In this document: positions 28,713 to 39,712 of the stretch, piece after piece
How positions within the stretch are numbered: the first letter of the stretch is position 1
Layout of the letters: the number at the start of each line of letters is the position of its first letter
Source of the DNA: an uncultured bacterium
GTDB lineage: Bacteria; Armatimonadota; Abditibacteriia; Abditibacteriales; Abditibacteriaceae
Length of the DNA: 64,000 nt
Direction of reading: 5' to 3'
Assembly (NCBI GenBank): GCA_963843795.1
Contig: CAWJLW010000006.1
Location: forward strand, 3,050,375-3,114,374
Translations under genes and position numbers: made by a program
The notes under the pieces: model-generated
What the model saw: the letters and a program-made list of their open reading frames with translations, nothing else
Databases searched by the model: none
What the model was told of the DNA's origin: nothing

Positions 28713-31334
28713 TTAGCCCAACTGCGCTTTTACAATGTCCGCGACGCTTTCCAACGCTGCGTCAACTTTGCTGGCATCTTTGCCGCCGGCTTGCGCGAAA
28801 TCGGCGCGCCCGCCGCCGCCGCCGCCGGTGATTTTTGCCAGTTCGCGCACCAGATTTCCGGCGTGCGCGCCGCGTTTCACAGCATCGGGCGCGGCTTTGA
28901 CGGCCCACAAAATTTTGTCACCGCTTTCTACCACCAAAACGGCAACGCCCTTGAGTTTGTCGCTCAAGCGGTCGGCCAGTTCGCGCAGTGCGGTGTTATC
29001 CAAACCGCCCGGCGCGCGCGCGGCAAGTACTTGCACGCCGCTGATTTCCTGCGCTTGCGAAATCAAATCGTCGGTCGAGCCGGCGCTCATTTGTTTCTGC
29101 GCTTCGCGCAATTGGTTTTCCAATTCGCGCACGCGGGCGCGCAGTTTCTCTGCCGCTGCAACCGCGCCTTGCGGAGAAGTCGCCAAAACTTGCGCGGTTT
29201 GTTGCAATTGTTGCGCGTCTTCACGGTCGTGCAATAAAGCCGCGCGCCCCGTCAGCGCTTCGACACGACGCAAGTTCGCACCGACGCCGCTTTCGTTGGT
29301 CAGGCGCAGTAAACCGGCGCTGGCGGTGTTTTGCAAGTGCGTGCCGCCGCATAGCTCAAGCGAAAAATCGCCCATTTGTACCAAACGCACGCGGTCGCCG
29401 TATTTTTCGCCGAACAAGGCCATCGCACCGCGACGGCGCGCCTCGTCTAAATCGGTTTCTTCAATTTCAACCGCAGTTGAACGCAGAATTTGTGCGTTTA
29501 CCGTATCTTCAATTTGCGCGATTTGGGCGGCAGTTATCGGTGCGAAATGCACGAAATCGAAACGCAAACGATCTGGCTCGACCAAACTGCCCCGCTGCTC
29601 GACGTGCGTGCCCAAATGTTGGCGCAGCGCTGCGTGCAGCAAATGTGTGGCGGAATGGGCGCGCAGAATCGCCATGCGACGCTCGGCATCTACGCTCGCC
29701 AAAACTTCCAAACCTTCGCGCGGCTCGCCTGCAAGTGCTTGCACACGATGAATCCACGTTTTGCCCTGCTTTTGCGTGTCTAAAACGCGCGCATGAAACG
29801 GGGATTCACCTTCTCCACGCAGTTCGCCGGTATCGCCGATTTGGCCGCCACTTTCGGCGTAAAACGGCGTGCGATCTAAGGCGATGAGAAATTCTTCGCT
29901 TTCTTCATCGCGCTGCACAGCGACGATTTGCGCGGGACAGGCCAAAGTTTCGTAGCCAACAAATTCGGTTTCCAGACCGGCGAAATCGCGCTTTTGATAT
30001 TCGCCGACGCTCGAACCCGACACTTTGGCGTGGCGTTCGCGGGCGGCGTTATATTCGTTTTCATCGAAACTGAGACCGGCTTCAGCCGCTAATTCCTGCG
30101 TCAATTCGGGCGGAAAGCCATAAGTTTCATACAAGCGAAACACTTCTTCGCCCGCAAGTACTTGCTGCGATTTTTGACGCGCGTTTTCAATCAAATCTTC
30201 CAAACGCCCGACGCCACTGCCGATAGTGCTATCGAAACGTTCTTCTTCGCGACGCACCAAATCGGCAATCACGCTTTCGCGTTGCTGCAATTCGGGATAA
30301 GTCGCGCCGTAAACGCCGACCACTGAAGGCACCAAACGATGTAGAAACGGCTGATGATAATTCAAGGCGCGGCCCGACAAATAAGCGCGGCGAATTAGTC
30401 GGCGCAACATATAATCGCGGCCATTGTTGCCGGGCACAATGCCATCGCCCGCCATAAATGTCGCAGCGCGAATGTGATCGGCGATGACTTTCAAAGGCCG
30501 CGTCGTCGGATCATCGGGATCGAGTTGCGGCGTGGATTCCAAAAACGGAACCGTGTGTTCGAGGGCGTTGGCCGCCGCGTTGACAATCGGCGCGAACAGG
30601 TCACAATGATGAATCGTGTCGACATTTTGCAAAACTGCAGCGGTGCGTTCGAGTCCCATTCCGGTATCAATGCCGGGCGCGGGCAGCGGCTGCAAACTGC
30701 CGTCGCGTTGCTGATTGTATTGCTGAAAAACTAGGTTCCACAGTTCGCCATAACGGTCGCCATCACCGCCGGGACGGTCGAGTTCGGGGTCGCCGGTGTC
30801 ATATTTTTCGCCACGATCATAGAAAATTTCGCTGTCCGGGCCGCACGGGCCAGACAAGCCGACTGGCCCCCACCAGTTGTCTTTTTTGCCGAAACGATAA
30901 ATGCGCTCGTCGCTCAGCCCGACATCGTTTTTCCAGATTTGCGGCGCTTCATCGTCGTCTTCATAAACGCTGACCCACAATTTTTGCGGGTCGATGTTCA
31001 AAGTTTGGGTGAGAAATTCCCAGCCCCAGACAATCGCGTCGCGCTTGAAATAATCGCCGAAAGAAAAATTGCCCAGCATTTCAAAAAACGAAGCGTGTCG
31101 CCACGTGACACCGACTTGATCGAAATCGTCGGTGCGGCAGCATTTCTGACATGAAGTGAGACGCGATTTCGGCGGAGTTTCTTCGCCCTTGAAATAAGGC
31201 ACGAGTGGTTGCATGCCAGCAGACGTGAGCAAAGTGGTTGGATCGCTGGGAATCAGGCTGGAAGAAGGGATGACAAGCGAATCTTTGGATTGGAAGAATT
31301 GGAGATATTGCGAGCGAAGTTGGTTTCCGGTCAT
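28713..31334 (-). CDS. alaS: Alanine--tRNA ligase
   Basis: FFEMLGNFSFGDYFK, IDTGMGLER, HSATHLLH, ELCGGTH, GGGGGRADFAQAGG. Confidence 0.98.
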   Translation of the reverse strand: MTGNQLRSQYLQFFQSKDSLVIPSSSLIPSDPTTLLTSAGMQPLVPYFKGEETPPKSRLTSCQKCCRTDDFDQVGVTWRHASFFEMLGNFSFGDYFKRDAIVWGWEFLTQTLNIDPQKLWVSVYEDDDEAPQIWKNDVGLSDERIYRFGKKDNWWGPVGLSGPCGPDSEIFYDRGEKYDTGDPELDRPGGDGDRYGELWNLVFQQYNQQRDGSLQPLPAPGIDTGMGLERTAAVLQNVDTIHHCDLFAPIVNAAANALEHTVPFLESTPQLDPDDPTTRPLKVIADHIRAATFMAGDGIVPGNNGRDYMLRRLIRRAYLSGRALNYHQPFLHRLVPSVVGVYGATYPELQQRESVIADLVRREEERFDSTIGSGVGRLEDLIENARQKSQQVLAGEEVFRLYETYGFPPELTQELAAEAGLSFDENEYNAARERHAKVSGSSVGEYQKRDFAGLETEFVGYETLACPAQIVAVQRDEESEEFLIALDRTPFYAESGGQIGDTGELRGEGESPFHARVLDTQKQGKTWIHRVQALAGEPREGLEVLASVDAERRMAILRAHSATHLLHAALRQHLGTHVEQRGSLVEPDRLRFDFVHFAPITAAQIAQIEDTVNAQILRSTAVEIEETDLDEARRRGAMALFGEKYGDRVRLVQMGDFSLELCGGTHLQNTASAGLLRLTNESGVGANLRRVEALTGRAALLHDREDAQQLQQTAQVLATSPQGAVAAAEKLRARVRELENQLREAQKQMSAGSTDDLISQAQEISGVQVLAARAPGGLDNTALRELADRLSDKLKGVAVLVVESGDKILWAVKAAPDAVKRGAHAGNLVRELAKITGGGGGGRADFAQAGGKDASKVDAALESVADIVKAQLG

Positions 31335-31437
31335 AAAATTGAAAGAATCTTGAAAATTGAACACTGAAGTGTAGCGAAATACGCGCGAAACGCGGGGCAA
31401 GTACTTGCCCCGCGTTTCAAAATTTGGCCACGCTGAT

Positions 31438-32712
31438 TTACGAAGTTTCTTGTGAAATTTCGGGTGCGGTTTCAACGGCAGTCACTGACGTTTCCACATT
31501 CTTTTCATCTGTGGGCACATTTTCTTGATGCCCGCGTCGCAGCCAAGCGAAAATCCCACGACGCGAAGCTGCGTTCTGTTCGGCGTCTTCGGTCGCACGC
31601 GCGATTTCTCCAGTTTCCGGTTGCGCTTGCAAGTTTTCAATCGGCGCCGTGAGTTGAGGAAACAGGTAAATCAAAATCACGCGCAGCGAAGCGAAAACCG
31701 GTACTCCTAGCAACATACCAAAGACACCTCCGACGTGCGCGCCCGAAAGCAAGGCAAAAATCACCAAGAGTGGGTGCAAACCGACGCCCTTGCCCAGCAC
31801 ACGAGGCGCCACGCCGTAATCAATGATGAGATTGAAAACCACTACACAGCCGACCGCAATAATCGCGCAAGTCAAGGGCGAAGTCGTGGCCGTGAAATAA
31901 GCCGTGCCCGCCGCCGCCGCCGCCACGCACAAAACGCCGATATAGGGAATAATGTAAATTACACCTGCCACCAAACCCAGAATAATCGGATAGCTCATGC
32001 CGTAACGCCAGCTCAAGATATTGAACGCAACTATACACAGCACGCCAAAAGTGCCGCAGACGATGAGTTGTCCGCGCACATAGCGACCTAACAATTCGTT
32101 AATGGATTCGGCGATTTCAATCACATCGCGTCGATATTCTTTAGGGACTACCATCAAGGCACGCCCGCGCAGAGTGTCCATTTCCAACATGAAATACAAA
32201 GTCAGAATGGGAATGATAATTAACGCGACACCAATAGAACCCAACGAGGCGAGGATCCAGCCGACTCCGCTTTGCAAACGCGCGCCAATCATACCGGGCA
32301 CGCGATATTGAAAATCGGTGATGGCCTGCAATGCCGATTGTTTAATGCTATTGGAAACCGGCAACTTTTGAATGCGAAAAGTGTTGTTTTCAATCCAGTG
32401 CACGACCTGACCTTGATAAAGCGGAAAGTTTTCTGCCAGTGCCTGCACCTGCTGCCATGCTGCGGCCAACAACGCCACCAAGATGCCGATGATGAGAGCA
32501 AACAACATGGCGATGAAAGCAACTGCAACACTTCTTGTGTAATCGGCTTTTTCAAAGCGACGCAGCATCGGTTCGCAAGCGTAAGCCAGTAAAAGCGCCA
32601 CGCCAAAAATCGGCAAGACGCCGCGCACTAAAAATAAGGAATAGATGCAGATGAAGAAAAGCAGTACGTAACCAGCGTAACGCGCGAGTATGCTGTCAAG
32701 AGATTTATGCAT
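31438..32712 (-). CDS. AI-2E family transporter (PerM-like)
   Basis: YVRGQLIV, IPYIG, PRVLGKGVGLHPL, GMLLGVP. Confidence 0.88.
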   Translation of the reverse strand: MHKSLDSILARYAGYVLLFFICIYSLFLVRGVLPIFGVALLLAYACEPMLRRFEKADYTRSVAVAFIAMLFALIIGILVALLAAAWQQVQALAENFPLYQGQVVHWIENNTFRIQKLPVSNSIKQSALQAITDFQYRVPGMIGARLQSGVGWILASLGSIGVALIIIPILTLYFMLEMDTLRGRALMVVPKEYRRDVIEIAESINELLGRYVRGQLIVCGTFGVLCIVAFNILSWRYGMSYPIILGLVAGVIYIIPYIGVLCVAAAAAGTAYFTATTSPLTCAIIAVGCVVVFNLIIDYGVAPRVLGKGVGLHPLLVIFALLSGAHVGGVFGMLLGVPVFASLRVILIYLFPQLTAPIENLQAQPETGEIARATEDAEQNAASRRGIFAWLRRGHQENVPTDEKNVETSVTAVETAPEISQETS

Positions 32713-32851
32713 GGGAATGGAAGTTTACGCTGCAGATACTTGCACGGCTCAAGGAGCGCTCAATTGAAAAGACATAGTGCGATAAAGCAAAACCGAAGCC
32801 TGACAACTCAGATGAAGCACGGTGCAAGTACTTGCACCGTGCTTTTTAGCT

Positions 32852-33844
32852 TTAACGCACTGGGATCGCGCCGAAATCGGCTTCGTAATATTCCGCGACA
32901 TGAGTACCGGGTGCAATCAATTCATCAACGCGCTTCGTGTCCTCAGCCAAAATTTTCACGTCCAGCGCTTTCAAATTGTCCTCCAATTGCTCCATGGTAC
33001 GCGGCCCGATAATCGGACTGGTCACATTATCTTGCGCCATGCACCACGCCAGAGCGAACGCATCCATCGCGCAATCTTTGGATTCCGCCAGTTCTCTCAC
33101 GCCTTCAACAACATTCCAAGTCGCCTCTGAAATTTCCTTGCCGCCGCGAAATTTGCCGCTTTCATAACGCGAGCCTTTGGGATTGTCCGCATCGCGCCGA
33201 TATTTGCCGGTCAATAGGCCCCCGGCTAAGGGGCTCCACGGAATGATGCCCATGCCGAAAGTTTGCGCGACCGGCAACAGTTCGCGTTCAATGCGACGGT
33301 CGAGCAAGTTATATGGCGGCTGCTCGCACACAAAACGATTGAGGCCCAGTTTGTCGCTTTGCCAGAAACTTTCGACGAGTTGCCACGCCGCGTAAGTGCT
33401 CGTTCCGATGTAGCGCACTTTGCCTTGACGGATTAAATCGTCTAAAGCGCGCAAAGTTTCATCAATCGGCACGCTGCTTTGTGGCCGATGAATTTGATAC
33501 AAGTCGATGTGATCGACGTTCAAGCGGCGTAGCGAGTCTTCAACACCGCGCATAATGTGAAAACGCGAATTGCCCTGATCGTTGGGATCATCGCCCATTT
33601 TGCCGTGAACTTTGGTCGCCAAAAACACGCTATCGCGCTTGCTCTTGAGGGCTTTTCCCGTCACCGTTTCGCTCGCGCCGCGCCCGTACACATCGGCAGT
33701 ATCCAGAAAATTGATGCCCGCATCAATGGCGCGGTGAATAATGCGAATCGATTCGTCTTCTTCCGTACCGTTGCCAAAATTCATGCAGCCCAGACAAAGT
33801 GGCGAAACCTGAGCACCGGTGCGCCCCAAACTTCGATAATCCAT
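32852..33844 (-). CDS. Aldo/keto reductase
   Basis: LCLGCMNFG, DTADVYG, SLRRLNVDHIDLYQIH, WSPLAGG. Confidence 0.95.
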   Translation of the reverse strand: MDYRSLGRTGAQVSPLCLGCMNFGNGTEEDESIRIIHRAIDAGINFLDTADVYGRGASETVTGKALKSKRDSVFLATKVHGKMGDDPNDQGNSRFHIMRGVEDSLRRLNVDHIDLYQIHRPQSSVPIDETLRALDDLIRQGKVRYIGTSTYAAWQLVESFWQSDKLGLNRFVCEQPPYNLLDRRIERELLPVAQTFGMGIIPWSPLAGGLLTGKYRRDADNPKGSRYESGKFRGGKEISEATWNVVEGVRELAESKDCAMDAFALAWCMAQDNVTSPIIGPRTMEQLEDNLKALDVKILAEDTKRVDELIAPGTHVAEYYEADFGAIPVR

Positions 33845-34095
33845 AAGTGTTCTCCTTTAAATTGCGGTTACAAAAGCAGATTTGTGGCAAAATTGTGGCC
33901 CGTTGTGGTCTTAACTTGCGCTGCAAGTACTTGCAGCAGGTTTTGGGGTTTGGCGAACGCGAAAAGTTAACGAGCGTCGGAGCGCGTTGACGAATTGGCA
34001 ACACTGCACTAAAGTTAAGCACGTCCCACTGCGATTTCGATTTTCGATTTCCTACAAATTTATTTACGATGTGGCCGCACGCCACTTTTTTGGTC

Positions 34096-36453
34096 ATGAC
34101 CAAGCCGCCTGTTTCCAACTTTCCCACGCCCGATGACAATTCTGCGGACGATTACGTCGCGCCCGAAATCATCTCTTCTCATCTCGTTTCCGACTCCCAA
34201 AGCGTCTCAGCAAATAATTTCTCAGCCGAGGATGAAGAGGATGAAAGCGAGCACCAAAATTTAGCCACGCCCGCATCGCGTTCGCCGTTTGATTCGCTTC
34301 TGGCGCGTCGTTCGCGCTCGCACCCCGAAATATTGGTTGCGGGCGCTTTCGCGGCCGTGTTGTGCGCCGGTGCTGGCTTTCAATACTGGCAACATCGCAA
34401 CGATGCGCCGATTGTCGCCCCGACGACGCGCACGGCCTCCGCTCCGGTGAGCAATGCGCAGGTCGTTTCGGCTGCCGATACATTGTTGATTAAGCAGAGC
34501 GCTGGCGGTACCTACAGCACCCTGCGCGGCAAGATGCGCGCGGCTGGCGTTGTAACCGGACAGGCACCGATGGCGGGACAAGTCTCGCGCGTGATGTTCA
34601 AAGTCGGACAGAGCGTGCAGGTTGGAGATCGCATTTTGACCTTGACCGGTGGCCCAATTGCCGCCGCACCACGCGGTGTTGAAAGGCTGCAGGATAAAGC
34701 TGAAGCGGCGCAAGTTGCTGCGGTGAAAGGACAACAATCGGTCGCCAACCAAATTTCGCAGGCGCACACTTCCTACAAAGAAGCTCGATTGCGCGTCGAG
34801 GCCGCCGAAAAGCGTTTGAGTGAAGCGCGCACCATATTATCGCGCTTGCGTAACGGGGAAGAAATTCCGTTGCCCGCTTCGGTTGAAAAAAAGCCGAAAG
34901 CTGGTAAGCGCAGGACAACACGCCGCAGAGCAAATGCTAAAACTGTGGTTTCTCAAAGCAATCCACAGCGCGTGACGGCGCAACGCGAACGCGATGCGGC
35001 AATTGCTGCAGCCGTCAAAGCGCAAAAGGCTGCCGAGGCCGCGACAAGTGAAGCCAAAGCCGCGTTTCGTGCTGCTGCGGCCACCGATAGCGTAGTGCGC
35101 GAAAAACGCGCGCGCGTCGAAAGCGCGCGCTCGGCTCTGCGCGAGATTGAAAGTAAATTTGCAGCGGGCAAAAACAAGGCGTCCGACGTTGATACCGCGC
35201 GAGGCGAACTGGCCAGTGCGCTAGCCGAAGCCGACGAAGCATTGGATAAAACCAAGGTCGCGCGCGAAACTTCCAATCGCTTGGATCGCGAAGCTCAAAG
35301 CGAACGTGCGGCTTCCGAACAAGCCGCCAGTCGCGCCGCCGCGGCGCTCCAGAAACTGCAAATGTTCTCCGCCATGCCCAATACCACTTCGAGCGCGCAG
35401 GAAACCGCCGCTCCCAGCGCCACCAGCGAGGCCACACCCGACAGCGGGCCGCGATTAATGACGGCGCGCGATGCGGTCGATATGGTGCGCGATGCGATCA
35501 ACGAAAGCGAAGCCGCCGCACGCAACGCACGCCGCTGGAAAATACAGATCGATTCTTATGGCGATAAAGTCAAACAAACCTCGCGGCGCATCGAAGATTC
35601 GTCCGAGCAGTTGATGAAAGCGCAGCAGCGCGTGATGGACGTGACCATCGAGCGCAACCTTTCGATTGTGCGCGCACCAGCCAGCGGCGTGATTCAATCG
35701 ATTGCCAACGTCGCCGATAACGTCGATCGAGGAGACGCCCTGGTAAAAATCGGCAGCGGACGCGGCATGGAAGTCGTGTTCACCGATACCAGCGGCCTGT
35801 GGCGTCGCCTTAAACCCGGCATGACACTGACCGCGATGGCACGCACGCCACAAAAAGCCACTTCAACGGCTACTCCAAATTCGACACCCGTTGCAACAAC
35901 GCCCCAAACAGCCGAACCAGAAATTCCAGTTGTCTTGAAAGTAAGCGATATCGACGCGCCTGAACCCGCAGCAAAAGTGAAGAAGGCCAATCAAAAGTTG
36001 GCTGCGAAACCGGCCAAAGTCGAACCGGCTTTGATTCGTGCTGCGGTCGAATTAGCGCCCGGAGCCACAGCTCGATTGCGCAATGGCATGGGCGTAACAT
36101 GCTCGCTGCCGGGCGCGAATGCACAATCGGCGATTCGCATTCCGGCACCGGCGATCTGGCGCGACGGCAATCAAGCGATGGTTGCGGTTCTGGAGCCGGT
36201 TTCGACGCAAGTGACGCCAGTTTCTCAAGTGAGCGGAGCGGTTGAACCCAAAAATGAAAGCGATGTCGAAATCGACGCGGCAATGTTTCGCGTACAGTGG
36301 CGTCCGGTCGCATTGGTAGGTCAGGGCGGCGAGCAACGTCAGGTGTTAAGTGGTTTGAAGCCCGGCGACCGCATTTTGCGTACTGCCGCCGATTGGCGGC
36401 GCTGGTCGCAAATCAATGGCGAAAACGCTATGGTGCGCGTCGCTCTCAGCTGA
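34096..36453 (+). CDS. Periplasmic adaptor (HlyD/MFP-like) with very long Ala-rich coiled coil
   Basis: TM anchor; lipoyl half-motifs APMAGQV..VGQSVQVGD and VRAPASGVI..VDRGDAL; C-terminal SGLKPGDRI. Confidence 0.7.
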   Translation: MTKPPVSNFPTPDDNSADDYVAPEIISSHLVSDSQSVSANNFSAEDEEDESEHQNLATPASRSPFDSLLARRSRSHPEILVAGAFAAVLCAGAGFQYWQHRNDAPIVAPTTRTASAPVSNAQVVSAADTLLIKQSAGGTYSTLRGKMRAAGVVTGQAPMAGQVSRVMFKVGQSVQVGDRILTLTGGPIAAAPRGVERLQDKAEAAQVAAVKGQQSVANQISQAHTSYKEARLRVEAAEKRLSEARTILSRLRNGEEIPLPASVEKKPKAGKRRTTRRRANAKTVVSQSNPQRVTAQRERDAAIAAAVKAQKAAEAATSEAKAAFRAAAATDSVVREKRARVESARSALREIESKFAAGKNKASDVDTARGELASALAEADEALDKTKVARETSNRLDREAQSERAASEQAASRAAAALQKLQMFSAMPNTTSSAQETAAPSATSEATPDSGPRLMTARDAVDMVRDAINESEAAARNARRWKIQIDSYGDKVKQTSRRIEDSSEQLMKAQQRVMDVTIERNLSIVRAPASGVIQSIANVADNVDRGDALVKIGSGRGMEVVFTDTSGLWRRLKPGMTLTAMARTPQKATSTATPNSTPVATTPQTAEPEIPVVLKVSDIDAPEPAAKVKKANQKLAAKPAKVEPALIRAAVELAPGATARLRNGMGVTCSLPGANAQSAIRIPAPAIWRDGNQAMVAVLEPVSTQVTPVSQVSGAVEPKNESDVEIDAAMFRVQWRPVALVGQGGEQRQVLSGLKPGDRILRTAADWRRWSQINGENAMVRVALS

Positions 36454-36628
36454 TTTTTGCGTTCTCAAGTAAAGAAATGTGCGCTGCAAGTACTTGCAGC
36501 GCACATTTTGCAGTTCTCGATGTGACAACGAAACTTCCTTCAAAGTAAAAACGAAACTTTTCTGGCCTCGCGACTTCTTGTGTAACTTCACAAAAGCTGC
36601 GAGGCTTTTCATTTGTCCCAGATATCAT

Positions 36629-39600
36629 ATGATCTTGAAATTTTTCTTTTCGATGCGCACTACGAAATTCATTGCAACTTTGGCGCTGTGCTTGAGTTTT
36701 GTGCTGATTTGTGCGCCAGCAAGTTCAGCGCGCGAAGGCAAGAGCGAAGGCGCCGATCTGGTGTTGGGTGGAACCGGCACCGCGCCCGGCGAATTTACTG
36801 ATCTGCGCGATATTACTTTCGACACATCGAACAACCTTTACACGCTTGAAGCTGCGGGCACGACTAAAGATTTCGTTAAGGCTTACCAAGGCATAGGGCG
36901 CGTGCAAAAATTCGATAATAGCGGTCGGTTTTTGCAGCAATTTCCACTCGGCGACGACGTCAGTTCCCAAGCCCAACGCGTGGCAGTGGCGGACGATGAC
37001 AGCGTTTTCGTGACTTTTCCCGCCTTAGATTTGGTGCGCCATTATTCGTCGAACGGCGCGATGCTGCGCGATTACAAAATCCTGGGCGCCATGGCGATTG
37101 CACGTCAGAACATTGCCGGACGCGAGCGTATCGCAGTTATCGGCTGGGACGCGCGCATTATCGGCGGTAAGAATTCATCTGTTGGTGGCGACACACTCAC
37201 TTTAATCGCGCCCGCCGCGCCGAAAAATGCAGCGCCCGAAACCGTGATATTGCCGGTTCCACTGCGCGAAGTGAGCGATATGACAAGCGATTCCAACGGT
37301 CACTTGTTCGTCTTGGCCGCAATTAACCAGATTTACGAATTGGATGCCACGGGTGCAGTGGTGCGCACTCTCGGCAGCGGCAGTCGTACACGCGCCGAAG
37401 ATGGCTCGGAAGCGATTCACTCGGTCGCAGTTGATTCACATGGAAATGTTTACAGCATGACGTGGGGCAATCCCGGACAAGTCGTGATGTACAGCGCTGA
37501 TGGAAAGCGCATTGTGGAGCGCGGCGGGCAGTTCAAATGGGCCGATACGTGGAGCACTCACTCATCGTATGTTCCGCTCGCGGTCGATAACAACGACCGC
37601 CTGTGGGCTGGAGCCGCGGCTCTGGTCACGCACGAGCTTTACGAGCGCTTTCATTTTCGTCCCGCCGTGTTGCGCACCAATAGCGATTTCTTCAACACCA
37701 AAGCGCCCGGCGTGCGCCAGAGCAGTGCGCTCTTGCTGGGCTTTCGCGCCTCGATTCAAAGCGATTTGCCCGACCACATCGCGTATCAAAGCGGGCCCAT
37801 TGCGGCGAATCTGGTGATCGAAGCTGCCAATCGGCGCTTGAAAAATGTGCGCATCGATTACCGCGTTTACGACAGCGAAAAGAATCTCGTCGCGCAAAAT
37901 GGCTCTGCTCTCGATTTGCAAGATGGCACCGAAGCGCGCCTGCCGCTGAATTTCACCGCGCCACAGTTCGGATGGTATGTCATCGAAGTGCAAATTTCTT
38001 CGGAGGGACAAAACCTGCAGAATCTGGCCAGTTTTTTTGGCGTCACGCCGCGCTACGAAAATATGATCGCGCTGCAAACCGGCGCTTCGGCAGGTGGTTG
38101 GGAAGACACGCCACGCCAGATGTTTGCGGGCTTGCCCGCCGTGCGCTTGCATCCGGGCAAAGGTTTGGAGAAATTAGACGCCGATTTGAGCAGCGCGCAA
38201 AAATTAGGTGCGACTGTAATCGTGCAATTGACAGATAAAAAAGATGATTTCACGCCGGAAAATATCGCGCCGATCATAACGCGCTTCAAAGGCCGCATCG
38301 CGTGGTATGAATTGTTCAACGAGCCAAATTTTTCGTGGAGCGCGCAGGAGTTCAGCGAACGCGCCAAAACGATTATCACGGTGATTCGCAGCATCGACCC
38401 AAATGCGAAAATCATGGGGCCAAGTTTTGTCAATATCGATTTGAACGGCACAAAAACCTGGTACGAAAGCGGCGCGGGCAAGCGGGTCGATGCCTTGGCG
38501 CTGCACGATTACGAGGGCCACGAAAGCATCAGTCCGGAACACTGGCGATGGAAATTCGCTCAACTGCGCGCGATTATGGCACAGTATGGCGATGGCGACA
38601 AACCGATCTGGCAGACCGAGCGCGCTATCGCAGGTGTACGCGGAGGATTGTTTCAAGGCACAACGCAGGCGATTCGCCTGAGTTTACACGCCGATTTGCT
38701 GGAAACTTTGAACGTACCCATCGAACACAATTTGCATTATTACCTCAACAAGGGCGGCTATAGTGCGGTGCCATCGTATCTATGGTCGGAAAGCGGCCCA
38801 CACCCCGGCGCTTTGGTCATGCGCACCCGCTATGCGCAAACACACGGGCGCACTTACGCCGGCACACTCGATTTCGGCACGACAGGAAACCATCTTTTTA
38901 TGGGCCTGCGCTATCGAGGTGCGGATGGCACAACGCTGGTTTTGCGCAATCTGGGCCTGAAAAACCACGAAGTGAATTTCGCAATCGAGGGCGGCGCGAA
39001 CGTGCAAATCGTCGATAGCTGGGGCAACGCGCGGCAGGTACTTGCCACGAACGGTATGGCCAATATCGACATCGGCCAACTGCCGATTTATGTGCGCTTG
39101 CAACCGGGGCAAAATGCCATTCCTAAGGCGATGAACTGGCCGAATAACCTCGCTACAAATGCGAAAATTTCGATCAACGGACAGGTTCAAGACAATTCTT
39201 TTCTAAACAATGGCGTGTTGGAAACCCTGCACGACAAGAACCCTTTGGGTGACACCGATGGCAAGCACATCTGGCAAGGCGAAGAAATGAAAGCGAGCAA
39301 ACCGCAAACTATCGAGTTACGCTGGGCCGAGCCACAAACAATCGAAGCGATCATTTTGCGCGGTGTGCGCGCGGATAATCAGTTCAGCGCCCTGCTTGAT
39401 TACGACCTGCAAGTACTTGCAGGCGACGATTGGAAGACCATCGTCAAAGCGCGCGCCTCAATGCCTGTGACCGACGACACACAAAGTGGTGAGACGAGCG
39501 GATTGACGTGGTATGACGACACCAATATCTGGCTGCACGAATTCACGCCCGTCAGCACACGCGCGTTGCGAATCGTGGTTTATCGCACGACATATGGCTT

Positions 39601-39712
39601 CGCGCCTGATGAAACAGCTCGAGAAATCGTGCAAAGCACGTGGGGCAACTCCAGCCCGGCGCGCCCGATGTTACGCGAAATCGAAGTTTATGGAGCGAAC
39701 GCCCGACCCTGA
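36629..39712 (+). CDS. Secreted multidomain protein: NHL-like propeller, clan GH-A-like glycoside hydrolase, C-terminal discoidin-like domain
   Basis: Signal peptide; GTAPGEF..RDITFD NHL-like repeats; YELFNEPN and KPIWQTE glutamate motifs; REIEVYG C-terminus. Start uncertain (36629 or 36653). Confidence 0.7.
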   Translation: MILKFFFSMRTTKFIATLALCLSFVLICAPASSAREGKSEGADLVLGGTGTAPGEFTDLRDITFDTSNNLYTLEAAGTTKDFVKAYQGIGRVQKFDNSGRFLQQFPLGDDVSSQAQRVAVADDDSVFVTFPALDLVRHYSSNGAMLRDYKILGAMAIARQNIAGRERIAVIGWDARIIGGKNSSVGGDTLTLIAPAAPKNAAPETVILPVPLREVSDMTSDSNGHLFVLAAINQIYELDATGAVVRTLGSGSRTRAEDGSEAIHSVAVDSHGNVYSMTWGNPGQVVMYSADGKRIVERGGQFKWADTWSTHSSYVPLAVDNNDRLWAGAAALVTHELYERFHFRPAVLRTNSDFFNTKAPGVRQSSALLLGFRASIQSDLPDHIAYQSGPIAANLVIEAANRRLKNVRIDYRVYDSEKNLVAQNGSALDLQDGTEARLPLNFTAPQFGWYVIEVQISSEGQNLQNLASFFGVTPRYENMIALQTGASAGGWEDTPRQMFAGLPAVRLHPGKGLEKLDADLSSAQKLGATVIVQLTDKKDDFTPENIAPIITRFKGRIAWYELFNEPNFSWSAQEFSERAKTIITVIRSIDPNAKIMGPSFVNIDLNGTKTWYESGAGKRVDALALHDYEGHESISPEHWRWKFAQLRAIMAQYGDGDKPIWQTERAIAGVRGGLFQGTTQAIRLSLHADLLETLNVPIEHNLHYYLNKGGYSAVPSYLWSESGPHPGALVMRTRYAQTHGRTYAGTLDFGTTGNHLFMGLRYRGADGTTLVLRNLGLKNHEVNFAIEGGANVQIVDSWGNARQVLATNGMANIDIGQLPIYVRLQPGQNAIPKAMNWPNNLATNAKISINGQVQDNSFLNNGVLETLHDKNPLGDTDGKHIWQGEEMKASKPQTIELRWAEPQTIEAIILRGVRADNQFSALLDYDLQVLAGDDWKTIVKARASMPVTDDTQSGETSGLTWYDDTNIWLHEFTPVSTRALRIVVYRTTYGFAPDETAREIVQSTWGNSSPARPMLREIEVYGANARP

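Noticed and set aside
36479..36628. Long N-terminal extensions in the ORF track (also 10920, 31475, 41294, 46875, 50805, 59612)
   Set aside because: They start at upstream alternative codons in or beside the intergenic palindromes (reading CKYLQ, ASTC or LQVLA); downstream ATGs fit RBS or family starts better.
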